The notes beneath the pieces were generated by a model. It was given only the letters and a program-made list of their open reading frames with translations. It was not told where the DNA came from and ran no database searches. 64,000 nucleotides of DNA, taken from positions 4,704,001-4,768,000 of the forward strand of contig CBDCDC010000002.1 in the NCBI GenBank assembly GCA_965215195.1, read 5' to 3'. This document shows, piece after piece, positions 9,104 to 19,265 of this stretch (positions are counted from its first letter, which is position 1; each line of letters begins with the position of its first letter). The stretch is from Candidatus Latescibacterota bacterium (GTDB lineage: Bacteria > Latescibacterota > UBA2968 > UBA8231). Position numbers and translations under genes: made by a program.

Positions 9104-10915
9104 ATGGAACGTCGGCACCAAATCGGCTTGGCCCTGCTGGCTCTGTCGTCCTTCACCCTGCGGTTGCTCTACCTACTTCAGGCCGATGACAGCCCGCTCT
9201 TCGCCCATCCCATCGTCGACGCCCGAACCTATGTGCGCACGGCCCTGCACCTGTCCGCGGGCGAGTGGCTCGGGGCCGCGCAGCCGTTTTGGCAGCCGCC
9301 GCTGTATCCCTATTTTCTCGGCGGCTTGTTCGCCCTGTTCGGCGAGGATTACCACTTGCCCCGGCTCGTGCAGGCAGTCTCCGGGGCCGCGGTCTGCCTC
9401 CTAGTCTTCTCCTTGGGCCGCCGTGCGTTCTCCTCTCCCGCAGTGGGCTGGTTGGCCGCGGGCGCGGCCGCGCTGTACGGCCCTTTCCTCTACTTCGAAG
9501 GTGAGCTGTTACCCGCCAGCTTGGCGGTGTTCCTCAACACCCTAGCGCTGCTGGCCCTGATCTGGGCAGCCGCTGGCCGCAGCGGTCGCGGGCTGGTCGC
9601 GGGCCTTCTCCTCGGAGTGACTGCGCTGACCGTCGCCAGCGTGCTCCTCTTCGTTCCCGTTGCCCTCCTGTGGGCACGACGCCAAGCGCGGGCACCGGTC
9701 GGCGCACTGATTCTCGGCTTTGCACTGGTCATCGCGCCGGTCACCCTGCGCAACCGCGTCGTCGGGGGCGAGTGGGTGCCGATCTCCTATAACGCCGGCA
9801 TCAATTTCTACCTAGGCAACAATCCCGACTACGACCGCACGACGAACATCCGCCCCGGGCGCGACTGGCGGGAACTGACCGACATGCCTGAGCGGGAGGC
9901 CGGCATCACCGCCAAGGGGGCCTCCTCGAGATACTTTCTCGGCCGCTCCTGTGATTATATCGCCGCTGATCCGGCAGGCTATGTCCTCCTGCAGCTGCGC
10001 AAGCTCTATCTCTTCTGGCGCGGCGACGAGATTCCGCGCAACCTGAATCCCTATTACGCCCGCCGCGAGTCCTCCCTGCTGCAGGCCCTGTTGTGGATCC
10101 ACGGCCTCGCTTTCCCCTTTGGCCTCGTGGGGCCGCTCGCCCTGACGGGGCTGTTTCTCTACCTGCGGGATCCCCAAGCCCGCTCACCCGCCGCTGACTT
10201 GCTGCTGCTGTTTACCGCCGCCTACGCGCTAGCGGTAGTCCTGTTTTTCGTCACCGGCCGCTATCGTCTCCCGGTCATTCCTCCCCTGCTCCTGTTCGCC
10301 GGCTACGCACTGACGCGGTTGCGCCTGTTGCGGGGGCGGCAACTGGCCGGGGGGCTGGCCTTGCCGGCCGCATTGGTGGTGGGCCTCAACGCCGGCATCC
10401 CGGCCATGGATGTGAAGGGCGACAGCCAAGAGCACGTCTATTTGGCAGCGGCCTACGCCGCAGAGGGCTTGCTGGCCAATGCGCTTAGGCACTACGAGCA
10501 GGCGCTAGAGCTGGAACCGACGCACGAGATCGCCCTCGACGCCGCCGGTGCCGTGCGGGCGCGGCGCGGGGATTTCCGCCGGGCCGCGGCGAGCTGGGAG
10601 CGCCTGCTGCATCACTATCCCGACCGCATCGACGTCCGCTTCCGGCTGGCCGCGATGAGCCTCGACACGGGCGACTATGCGCGGGCGGAACGGCACTTCA
10701 AGCATCTGACGGCCGAGGAACCCGGGCGCGCCATCTTCCACGCCCGCCTGGCCCAAGCCCGCCGCCATCTGGGCGATCTCGACGGGGCCGCCGCCGCCTA
10801 CCGCCGCGCCCTCGAACTGGATCGGCCGCTCCAGCGGGGCAACCAACAGGCCGGCGAGGTGGAAGAATTCTACCGACGCCTAGGCAGAGGGCGCGAACCA
10901 GCGGCCGGCCCGTGA
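9104..10915 (+). CDS. GT-C fold (PMT/GT39-like) glycosyltransferase with C-terminal TPR repeats
   Basis: N-terminal TM then DARTY, PFWQPPLYPYFL, N.G.NFYLGNNP, FFVTGRYRLP, followed by TPRs (YEQALELEP, YRRALELD). ATG at 9104. Confidence 0.8.
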   Translation: MERRHQIGLALLALSSFTLRLLYLLQADDSPLFAHPIVDARTYVRTALHLSAGEWLGAAQPFWQPPLYPYFLGGLFALFGEDYHLPRLVQAVSGAAVCLLVFSLGRRAFSSPAVGWLAAGAAALYGPFLYFEGELLPASLAVFLNTLALLALIWAAAGRSGRGLVAGLLLGVTALTVASVLLFVPVALLWARRQARAPVGALILGFALVIAPVTLRNRVVGGEWVPISYNAGINFYLGNNPDYDRTTNIRPGRDWRELTDMPEREAGITAKGASSRYFLGRSCDYIAADPAGYVLLQLRKLYLFWRGDEIPRNLNPYYARRESSLLQALLWIHGLAFPFGLVGPLALTGLFLYLRDPQARSPAADLLLLFTAAYALAVVLFFVTGRYRLPVIPPLLLFAGYALTRLRLLRGRQLAGGLALPAALVVGLNAGIPAMDVKGDSQEHVYLAAAYAAEGLLANALRHYEQALELEPTHEIALDAAGAVRARRGDFRRAAASWERLLHHYPDRIDVRFRLAAMSLDTGDYARAERHFKHLTAEEPGRAIFHARLAQARRHLGDLDGAAAAYRRALELDRPLQRGNQQAGEVEEFYRRLGRGREPAAGP

Positions 10916-12816
10916 GTTCTTCGAGCCCAACCTATCGAGCCTTGTTTCTGGGCACCCTCGGCTGCCTGCTGGTCGGGGCCGGTTCCCAGTACACCGACAT
11001 GATGCTCAAGCGCTCCGGGTTCACCGGGTGGTACTACACGCCGGGTGCTCTGATCATACTATTCCTCGTACTGCTGGTCGCCAACCCGATCGCGGGTCTC
11101 ATGCGCCGGCGCTGGATGTTGACCTCGGCCGAATTGGCGCAGATGTACGTGATGTGGATCGTCGGCTCAGCGGTGGCCACCTGCGGCATCGTCTCCTATC
11201 TGCTGCCCATGCTGACCAGCGCCGTCTACTACGCCAGTGCGGAAAATAACTGGACCTACGAACTGCTGCCGTTGATCCCGGACTGGGTCATTCCCAGCAA
11301 GGAATTCGGCGAGATCAAGGATTTCTACGAGGGCGGGGCCGACGGCGTGCCCTGGCGGATGTGGCTCCCTCCCCTACTCCACTGGTTGCCTTTCGCCCTC
11401 TCGCTGCACATTGCCATGATCGCCATCATGGTCATCCTGCGAAGGCAATGGGTGGACCACGAACGCCTGATCTTCCCCATGACCCAGCTGCCGATCGCCA
11501 TGATCCAAGACGGGAAATCCCCTGAACTGATCAAACCGTTGTTCAAGAATTGGCTGTTCTGGCTCGGGTTCGCCATTCCCTTCTTCATCCAGAGTTACAA
11601 CGGCGTCAACCGCCACTTTCCCTTCCTGCCCCAGATCGCCATCGGGGGGTATTATCTCTATTTCCTCGAGGACCAGCTGCGCCTGCGGATCGGCATCAAT
11701 TTTATGATGATCGGCTTCACGTACCTAGTGCGGCGCGAAGTTTCGCTCGGGTTCTGGGTCTTCGCGATTGTCAACTTTGCCCAAGAAGCAGTGATGATCA
11801 CCTTGGGGGTCGAGCGCCACGAACCCCTGTTCAGCCACTTCTCCCGCGGGGGCACCATTGCCTCGCACCAAGGTTTTGGGGCCTTTGTCGTGCTGGCACT
11901 GTTCAGCCTGTGGAACGGGCGCGGCCACATCGCCCAGGTGGTGCGACAGGCGTTCGGGCGCGGCCAGCGCGTGGACGACAGCGACGAAATTCTCTCCTAC
12001 CGGGCAGCCGTGCTGCTGCTGTTGGGTTGTGTGAGCTTCATGGGCTTCTGGCTGTGGCAAGCGGGCCTGCCGGCGTGGATCGCGGTGATCTTTCTCGCTC
12101 TGGCCTTCATCCTGTTTCTCGGCATCACCCGGATTATCTCCGAAGGGGGCTTACCCTACCTGCTGGCCCCGATGGTCGCGTCTGACGTAGTCGTTGGCGG
12201 GATCGGCACCCGGGCCTTGGGAGCAACCGGCATCGCCGCTTTGTCCCTCACCTACATGTGGGCCAGCGACATCATCACCTTCGTAATGGTCTCCTGCGCC
12301 AACGGGCTCAAGGTGATCGAAGAGCACGTCAAGCTAGGCCGGCGGTTCATCTTCCCGAGTCTGGTGGTGGCCCTGATCGCGACCATGTGCAGTTCGGCTT
12401 GGGTGCTGCTGACCATTGCCTACGAGCACGGCGGGCACAACACCTCCCACTATTTCGCCGGGCAGTCCCAGTATCCCTTTGAGGACGCCTTGGTCCGATT
12501 GCGCACCCCTGTGGGGCCCCAGTGGGAATACTGGGGGTATATGGCCATCGGCGGTGGAATCATGGGCGGGCTGCTGCTGCTGCGCCAGCAATTCGTCTGG
12601 TGGCCGCTGCACCCGATCGGTTTTCCCATCAGTTTGGTGATTCACAAGATGTTCTTCACGGTGCTGGTGGCTTGGCTCCTAAAGACCGCGATACTTCAGT
12701 ACGGCGGTCCTAGGCTGTTCAGCCGGCTGCGGCCGTTTTTCCTCGGACTCATCCTCGGGGATTTCTTCCCGTTGGCTTTCCTGTTGCTGCTCGACCAATT
12801 GGCGGTGCGCTTGTAA
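10912..12816 (+). CDS. Polytopic membrane protein, DUF6785/DUF6784-like (putative transporter)
   Basis: Many TM helices; LRRQWVDHERLIFP, EILSYR, WWPLHPIGF, RPFFLGLILG. GTGA overlap with the GT gene. Confidence 0.75.
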   Translation: MSSSSPTYRALFLGTLGCLLVGAGSQYTDMMLKRSGFTGWYYTPGALIILFLVLLVANPIAGLMRRRWMLTSAELAQMYVMWIVGSAVATCGIVSYLLPMLTSAVYYASAENNWTYELLPLIPDWVIPSKEFGEIKDFYEGGADGVPWRMWLPPLLHWLPFALSLHIAMIAIMVILRRQWVDHERLIFPMTQLPIAMIQDGKSPELIKPLFKNWLFWLGFAIPFFIQSYNGVNRHFPFLPQIAIGGYYLYFLEDQLRLRIGINFMMIGFTYLVRREVSLGFWVFAIVNFAQEAVMITLGVERHEPLFSHFSRGGTIASHQGFGAFVVLALFSLWNGRGHIAQVVRQAFGRGQRVDDSDEILSYRAAVLLLLGCVSFMGFWLWQAGLPAWIAVIFLALAFILFLGITRIISEGGLPYLLAPMVASDVVVGGIGTRALGATGIAALSLTYMWASDIITFVMVSCANGLKVIEEHVKLGRRFIFPSLVVALIATMCSSAWVLLTIAYEHGGHNTSHYFAGQSQYPFEDALVRLRTPVGPQWEYWGYMAIGGGIMGGLLLLRQQFVWWPLHPIGFPISLVIHKMFFTVLVAWLLKTAILQYGGPRLFSRLRPFFLGLILGDFFPLAFLLLLDQLAVRL

Positions 12817-12861
12817 CGGCAGGCCCGGCAGGGCGCGGGCCGAACAGCGAACGCAATCGGG

Positions 12862-14853
12862 CTAGTAGTGGTGGGAGAAGACCGGGACTTTGTTGCCGGT
12901 GCCACCGGCCAGCAAGTCGACGCCGAGCCAGAACGCCGAGCAGGTAATCTGCCCTAGTATAAAACCGAGAAAGAGGGGTCGCAGGGCGCGGTAGAGCCGG
13001 ACCCCACCGTACTTGAGGACAAAAGCCTTCAGGACCGATCCCAAGAAGATGCTGAACCAGCTCGCCGAGGTCATGTTGGTGGCACTGACGGCGAAGCCGA
13101 TATAGTGTATGGGCCACCACAGGAAATGGTGCCGGGCCCAGATGAGGGCGGTCATAACCGCACCGCCGAGGCCGGTGAACAACAACCGCGGGCCCATCAC
13201 GTCAAAAGGCGCCAACAGGCTGACGGGGTTCAGCATTTTGTAGGCGGTGAAGTTAGCGGGTCCCTTGGCCATGGCCTGATACGCCCACAGCTCCAGATTG
13301 ATGCCGCCGTGCTCGTAGGCCAGATAGATGACGAGCCAGACCGAGGAGAGCAGGCTGACGAGCATGGCGACGACCATTGCCCACAAAAGGGGACGCCGCA
13401 GCGCACCAACGCTCTCGGCCAACTTCATGCCGTTGATGGCCGAGGCCATGAGCAGGATGCGCAGGTTGCCGGCCCAGCTAAAGGTCATGGCCAAGCTGAA
13501 GATGCCGGACGGCGTGACGGAACCCGTGCCGAGAAAGTTGATGACGATGGTCTGGGACGTCATCTGGGGCCGGATGAAGCCCAAGCCGCTCTCGGCGATG
13601 AGGCGGGCCATAAACAGGAAGACGCCGAACGCCACCAGTAGGAAGACGATGGTCACCCACAGCGGCACCCCCGACAAGGTGAGCCAAGCTGTCGCGTAAA
13701 GGCCGCAGACGCCCAGCAGCAGGGCGGCCGCCCGGTAGGAGAGCATCTCACCGCTATCGTCGGGGGCGTTGGGACCGGAACCCCAGACTTTGCAGGCGAC
13801 CGCCTTGAGGTGATCGCGGGCCGTCCAGATGCCGTACGCGATGAGGGCCAGCATGGCCCCCATGCCTTGGTGCGCCAGCATCAGGGTCCCCTCCATGAAC
13901 TTTTCGATTTCCCCCGACAGCCGGTAGCCGATGATGTACTGGAGCCCCATCTGCAGGTTGGCCAGCAAGTGGAACAGCCAGAGGCTGGAAGCCAACGCGA
14001 AGCTGAGGAAGTAGGCCAAGCCGAGGACGGTAAAGCTGAGGAGGATTTCGAGGGCCCCGAAGTCGCGAAAGGGTACGATGACGGTGTACAGCTCGACCTT
14101 GGGAATGACCGGGAAATAGAAATTCAGTCCGTGGGTACTCATCAGGCAGAACGGCACCAAGAAGCCAACCCACATGAGCGGGCTCTTCAGGAATGGGCCG
14201 AAGCGATCGCCGGGCCGGCCCTCCTCGATCATCTGCAAAGGTAGCTGCACTAGCGGGAAGAGCAGGCGCTCGTGGTCCACCCACTGCCGGCGCAGCAGCA
14301 CCATCAGCGCGATCATCATCAGGTATATGGCCACGATGAAGGTGAGCCAAGCGACCAGCGGCACGACCCAAGCACTCCAAGGGATGGCCGCGCCTTCGGG
14401 CAGGCCCTCAAAGAAATAGGTGACGGCATCGCGGTCGTGAACCACCATCCAGCGGTGGATGTAGGGGTGAATGAGCGCGGACCAGTCGTTCTCGGCCGTG
14501 GCGAAGTAGTAAACCGCCGGGAGCATCGGGATGAGGTTGGCCGAAAAGCCCCAAGTGGGAATGGTCGAGGCGATGATGAGCATCACGTAGACCACGGCCA
14601 GCTCGCCGCGATTGAAGCCCCAAGGCCGATGCACCAGCTTGAGCAACGGATTGAGAAAAGCGGTGAGAAGAAAGAAGACGGCCACGGCCCCGGCGGTGAT
14701 GTAGTCCGAGGACATACCGGCCGTGGACAGGGCCAGCCGGCAGTAGGCAAAGCCGACGCTGATGAGCAGGGACAACAAGGTCCCGGCGATGATGCTGCGG
14801 GCAAAGCGCAGGTGGGTCTCGCCGGCGGCTTGTGGGGTGCGGGAAGTGGCCAT
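12862..14853 (-). CDS. Polytopic membrane protein, DUF6785/DUF6784-like (paralogue of 10912-12816)
   Basis: LRRQWVDHERLLFP, EMLSYR, WWPIHYIGF, RPLFLGFILG. ATG at 14853 chosen; ORF is open to 14895. Confidence 0.75.
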   Translation of the reverse strand: MATSRTPQAAGETHLRFARSIIAGTLLSLLISVGFAYCRLALSTAGMSSDYITAGAVAVFFLLTAFLNPLLKLVHRPWGFNRGELAVVYVMLIIASTIPTWGFSANLIPMLPAVYYFATAENDWSALIHPYIHRWMVVHDRDAVTYFFEGLPEGAAIPWSAWVVPLVAWLTFIVAIYLMMIALMVLLRRQWVDHERLLFPLVQLPLQMIEEGRPGDRFGPFLKSPLMWVGFLVPFCLMSTHGLNFYFPVIPKVELYTVIVPFRDFGALEILLSFTVLGLAYFLSFALASSLWLFHLLANLQMGLQYIIGYRLSGEIEKFMEGTLMLAHQGMGAMLALIAYGIWTARDHLKAVACKVWGSGPNAPDDSGEMLSYRAAALLLGVCGLYATAWLTLSGVPLWVTIVFLLVAFGVFLFMARLIAESGLGFIRPQMTSQTIVINFLGTGSVTPSGIFSLAMTFSWAGNLRILLMASAINGMKLAESVGALRRPLLWAMVVAMLVSLLSSVWLVIYLAYEHGGINLELWAYQAMAKGPANFTAYKMLNPVSLLAPFDVMGPRLLFTGLGGAVMTALIWARHHFLWWPIHYIGFAVSATNMTSASWFSIFLGSVLKAFVLKYGGVRLYRALRPLFLGFILGQITCSAFWLGVDLLAGGTGNKVPVFSHHY

Positions 14854-14931
14854 TGTGCTCCGCGGCACCGGAATTTGCATGGGACGAGCTGACACTTGTC
14901 GGAAAACTACCCGGAGTTCGCCAACTCCGCC

Positions 14932-15828
14932 CTACGCAACACTCGCTGGAGACAAGGTTGCAAACGCCAGCCGGCTGATGTCGCCGATGGCGTCCATGCC
15001 CTTCTGCGATTCCTCGCGCACGTCAGTAGTGGCAAGGGCGGCGATGACTAGGGGCCCCGAGGGCAGATAGACCACGCCGGCGTCGGCCTTGATGCGGCCG
15101 CTGCCGCCGTTTTTCCGCGCCACCTCGATTGTGGGCTTGAGATACTGCCGGATGCGATTCGGCTGCGTCGATTTCTTCATCATCTCCAGCATCTGCCCAC
15201 AGGCCTCGGCGTTGATGATTTCGCCCCGCTGCATCATCTCCAGCATCCGGCCCAGATCGCGGGCAGAGGCGACGTTGTTATCGAGGGAACTGGCAAAGGG
15301 CAGGTCCCGGTCGCCATCGCCCGTGAGCTTGCCCGCTCTTTTCAACTCGTCGTTCTCCCGCGACGGCGTCGCGGTAATCCCGTCCATGAGGTAATGCCAG
15401 ACTCCGATCGGCATCGGAAAGCGGGTGTGGTGGAAGCCCATTGACTCCATAGTGGCGTTGATGGCCTCGGGCGTCACGAGGCCGACGAGCGTGTCGGTGG
15501 CGACGTTGTCGCTGACGGCCATCATCAGCCGGCAGTAGTCCCGCACCGTCAGCTCTGGATCGTCCCGGGTCCAGCTCAACACGCCGGTGCCATGGGTGGA
15601 GACGTTTGGAGGAACGCGATGGCGGTCGTCAAGCGACAACCGGCCATTCTCGGCTTGGCGAAAAACCTCGATCAAGGCCGCCACCTTGATGGTGCTGGCC
15701 GTCGGCAACGGTTCGTCGGCATTGTATTCGTGACTCAGGCCGGTTTCAAGGCACTTGACGAAGAACCCGACGCGGCCCGGGACCGCACGGGCGATGGCGT
15801 CCATTTCGGCGGTGGGAAAAGAGGGCAT
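14932..15828 (-). CDS. Serine hydrolase, class A beta-lactamase-like fold, no signal peptide
   Basis: ASTIK (SxxK), SDN, and KNG in place of KTG. Confidence 0.8.
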   Translation of the reverse strand: MPSFPTAEMDAIARAVPGRVGFFVKCLETGLSHEYNADEPLPTASTIKVAALIEVFRQAENGRLSLDDRHRVPPNVSTHGTGVLSWTRDDPELTVRDYCRLMMAVSDNVATDTLVGLVTPEAINATMESMGFHHTRFPMPIGVWHYLMDGITATPSRENDELKRAGKLTGDGDRDLPFASSLDNNVASARDLGRMLEMMQRGEIINAEACGQMLEMMKKSTQPNRIRQYLKPTIEVARKNGGSGRIKADAGVVYLPSGPLVIAALATTDVREESQKGMDAIGDISRLAFATLSPASVA

Positions 15829-16039
15829 GGTGGCAAACGATAATCCAGCTCCTCGATCGCGTCCAGACCGTTGGGTCGAAAAGTGAGTTTTCTCGGTTTG
15901 GCTTAGACTCTATATTCCACGCCTGCTCCTGCACGTCGGCTCGCCTTGGTCCGCCGCTTTTGCGAAAAGGGGCCATCGGCGGCGCGGTCTAGGTGAAGCA
16001 GATGGGCGGGCAGAAACGAAATCGATCAAGGAGGCTGCT

Positions 16040-18064
16040 GTGACCGATATGAGTGCATTGCCGCAGATCACCGCCACCCGGGTGGGTGCGCCGCCGGCCT
16101 GGGCCCTACTAGAGCGCAATCTCATCGCCCAGATGGAAGAGGGGGCTCGGTTCAGGTTTCGCCAGTGTACGGAGCGCGGTGGGGCCATCCTCTACGCCGA
16201 GGATTTCGACGATCTCTTCGAGCAATTCTACAACTGGGGCCTGTTCTACGCCATGGGGGCGGACGACAGCTTGCTAGAGATGGCGGCGACCGCGTGGAAC
16301 GCGACAGTCCGCATCAGCGATGAGAACATCGTCCATCGCACCCGGTTTAACGACCACAAGAAGGTCTTCCGGCCCTCGGCCCGGCGGGAGTTCTGGAATA
16401 TCGAGCAGGCCATGGAGTGGCATCATCTGGGAGAGGGCATGATGGCCTTCTACGACTTCGGCGTCGCCGACCCGACGATCTCGGAGATGGCCCGGCGCGC
16501 CCAGCTATTCGCCGGATTCTACACGGGCGAGGATCCAGAGGCACCCAACTACGATCCAGAGCACAAAATTCTGCGATCCCCCTTCCAGTCGAGCGAGGGG
16601 CCGTTGCTAAAAGTGGGGGCCGAGACCGCCCACGCCATGCTCCTCGCGGGGCGCTGGCTGGGCGGCGACGTCAACTACTATGGCGTCCGCGCCAGTCTCT
16701 ACCCGATCGTGGAAGACCTCGAGCTCGACTGGTGGGAGGACCCGGCGCGACGGGAGGAGATCGTCGACCTGTTCAACAAGCTGATTCTGCAGTCGGACAC
16801 GCCCAACAACCTAGGTGCCACGGCGCTGGTGACCCACGCCTACCTGTACACGGGGGACGAGAAGTACAAACGCTGGGTGCTGGAGTACACCGAGGCGTGG
16901 ATGGAGCGGGCCGCGCAAAACGGCGGCATCATGCCCGACAACGTGGGTCCCCACGGCATCATCGGCGAGCGTCGCAACGGCAACTTCTGGGGCGGCCAGT
17001 ACGGTTGGAACCACTATCAGGGCTTCAACATCATGTTTCACAGCCTCAACATCGCCGCCGAATGCGCCCTGCTGCTAACCGGCGACTTCGGCTACCTCGA
17101 TCTGCTCCGCGATCAGGTCAAAATCCTCCTCGACGCCTCCATCACCAGAGAGGATGGTCAGCTAATTATGCCGACGCGCTACGGACCCTCTGGCTGGCAG
17201 TACGACCCACCCCTGCCGCGGCGGGAAGACACAATCGTGCCGATGCGCCATGTTTACACCGGCCCGATTCCCTGGCGCATGCAGGAGCTGGCCCACCTGT
17301 ACCACGCCTCCATGGCGCGGGAGGACTACGAGCTGATTGAGCGGGTGCGCGAGGGGGAGGTTGAGCGCGACTGGAATGCCGTTGGCGCGTTTGCCGGCGA
17401 AAAGAACGGGGGACAGACCGAGTTCGCCCGGTTCCAGTACTACGACGGCAAGAACCCGCAGTGGCCCGAGCAGATTCTTGCGGCCGAGTCGGAGTGGTCA
17501 ATGCAGGCCATCGACCGGATGCGCCAGGACCAGCGCACTGTGATCGAAAGACTACGGGAAAACGCCATTCCCGAGAACCCGGTCTTTACCAAGGGCCTGA
17601 CCCAAGTGACGATGGGGGCCCCTCAGTCCATCTACAACGGCGGGTTGCTGTGCGCCGCGGTTCGCTACTACGACCGAGACGAGCAACGCCCCGGGTTACC
17701 GCCCGACGTCGCCGCCCTCGTCGACCATCTCGCAGCCGACGCCGTGGGGGTCCAGCTCGTGAACTGCAGCCGGGAAGAGGAGCGACGGTTGATCGTGCAG
17801 GCGGGTGCCTTCGGGGAGCACACCTTCACGGAGGTGAGGACGGACAATGCGGCGGCAGCGGCCACAACGCACGTAAACGGCCGCTATGTCGCCGTCAATC
17901 TGCCGCCCGCGACGCAGGTGCGCCTCAACGCCGGTCTCTCCCGGTTCAGCAACAAGCCGAGTTACGCTTTCCCTTGGCACGGCGGTGAGATCCCGATCCC
18001 GTTTCCCGTAAACGCGGGTGCAACCGGCAGATCGGGTTCGGCGTACGTGGCACCGTCCCGTTGA
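16040..18064 (+). CDS. Conserved hypothetical Trp/Tyr-rich enzyme, possibly an alpha/alpha-barrel; paralogue of 54866-56689
   Basis: SD AAGGAGG. Shares blocks APNYD, HAYLYTGDEKYK.WVL.Y, NGGIMPDNVGP.G.IGE, WGG.YGW and QAG.FGEH.F with the second copy. Confidence 0.75.
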   Translation: MTDMSALPQITATRVGAPPAWALLERNLIAQMEEGARFRFRQCTERGGAILYAEDFDDLFEQFYNWGLFYAMGADDSLLEMAATAWNATVRISDENIVHRTRFNDHKKVFRPSARREFWNIEQAMEWHHLGEGMMAFYDFGVADPTISEMARRAQLFAGFYTGEDPEAPNYDPEHKILRSPFQSSEGPLLKVGAETAHAMLLAGRWLGGDVNYYGVRASLYPIVEDLELDWWEDPARREEIVDLFNKLILQSDTPNNLGATALVTHAYLYTGDEKYKRWVLEYTEAWMERAAQNGGIMPDNVGPHGIIGERRNGNFWGGQYGWNHYQGFNIMFHSLNIAAECALLLTGDFGYLDLLRDQVKILLDASITREDGQLIMPTRYGPSGWQYDPPLPRREDTIVPMRHVYTGPIPWRMQELAHLYHASMAREDYELIERVREGEVERDWNAVGAFAGEKNGGQTEFARFQYYDGKNPQWPEQILAAESEWSMQAIDRMRQDQRTVIERLRENAIPENPVFTKGLTQVTMGAPQSIYNGGLLCAAVRYYDRDEQRPGLPPDVAALVDHLAADAVGVQLVNCSREEERRLIVQAGAFGEHTFTEVRTDNAAAAATTHVNGRYVAVNLPPATQVRLNAGLSRFSNKPSYAFPWHGGEIPIPFPVNAGATGRSGSAYVAPSR

Positions 18065-18196
18065 ACAGCGCTCAGCCGAAAGCACCCGCACGACGTTTTC
18101 CCTCGTGATTCTCGGGCAGGCTGCCCACGCACCCGGCGGAAACAAGCCGATCACCGACGGGCCGATGGTCGATAAAGTATGCCGCGGCCGGTACGG

Positions 18197-19252
18197 CTAG
18201 GCCGGGCCGCCGCTTTCGTTGTTGACGGCCTGCACCAGCGCCCGCATATAGGCGATGGAGTACGCGACGCCTACGCGGCTTCCTCCGAGCAGCTCGGGAA
18301 TGTGGTCCGGGATGATGGCGCCGTCGAATTCAACGGCGCGCAGGGCCTGCATCACGCGGTGCATGTCCTGATAGCCGTCGTCCATCAGGGTTTCGCTCCA
18401 CGGGTCGGGCATGGGGTTGGAGACGTTGCGGAAGTGGATTTTGAAGAGCTTTTTGCGCGCGCCAAAGTAGTGTATCGCTTCTTCGACCGACGCCCCCATG
18501 CCCTGCTTGCCCCCCTCCAGCCAGCAGCCGACGCACAGACAGACGCCGATGTTGGGGCTGTCGGCGATGTCCATGGCCCGCTTGTACCCAGCGAAGTTGC
18601 CGAAGATGCAGCGCGGTATTCCGCCTAGGGCATAGACCGGCGGATCGTCGGGATGGATGCCGATATAGACGCCAGCTTCCTCGGCGACCGGCCCGACCTT
18701 GCGGATCATGTACTCGTAGTTTTCCCACAGTTCGTCTTCGCTGTACTCGCGGCCGTGCGTCAAGTCGCCGGCAAAGGTCTCGCCGCTCCAGCGACCTTTG
18801 GCATTTTTAATGTCGAGGGTCCGTGCGCTCATGCGGCCGCGGCGAGTGGTGCGGCCGGTGCTCCAGATGCCGTTGCCCATGTGGGCGTACGTGTGGTAGC
18901 GGATGCCGGCCGTGCCGAGGTCGCGGATAAACTGGATTAGCTCTGCGACTTTCTCGTCGCGGCCGGGCAGATTGAGCGTGATCTGCGGGACGTTGTGGAC
19001 CGCGTGATTGGCGATGCGGTAGATCTGAAAGCCGTATTGGGCAAAGCGCGCCGCGAACTGCTTGTAGTGTTCGACGCTGTGCAAGGCTGGGTCGTCGATC
19101 CCGAGCATGACCCACTCGACGCCGAGCTGTTGGAAGAATTGCAAATCCTCGTCGCTGGCCTTGTGCGAGGTCTGGACGGCGACTTGGATTCCCGGCTCGC
19201 TGGCGTACAGGCCGGGGACAGCGCGCAGGGCGTAGGGTTTGTTGGCGGTCAT
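18197..19252 (-). CDS. Mannonate dehydratase (UxuA) family protein
   Basis: ELWENYEY, IHPDDPP, KIHFRNV, IIPDHIP. ATG at 19252 with SD AAGG. Confidence 0.8.
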   Translation of the reverse strand: MTANKPYALRAVPGLYASEPGIQVAVQTSHKASDEDLQFFQQLGVEWVMLGIDDPALHSVEHYKQFAARFAQYGFQIYRIANHAVHNVPQITLNLPGRDEKVAELIQFIRDLGTAGIRYHTYAHMGNGIWSTGRTTRRGRMSARTLDIKNAKGRWSGETFAGDLTHGREYSEDELWENYEYMIRKVGPVAEEAGVYIGIHPDDPPVYALGGIPRCIFGNFAGYKRAMDIADSPNIGVCLCVGCWLEGGKQGMGASVEEAIHYFGARKKLFKIHFRNVSNPMPDPWSETLMDDGYQDMHRVMQALRAVEFDGAIIPDHIPELLGGSRVGVAYSIAYMRALVQAVNNESGGPA

Positions 19253-19265
19253 GGAGTGCCTTCCT

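Noticed and set aside
18065-18196. Possible gene remnant between the convergent genes
   Set aside because: Translations show no recognisable motif.
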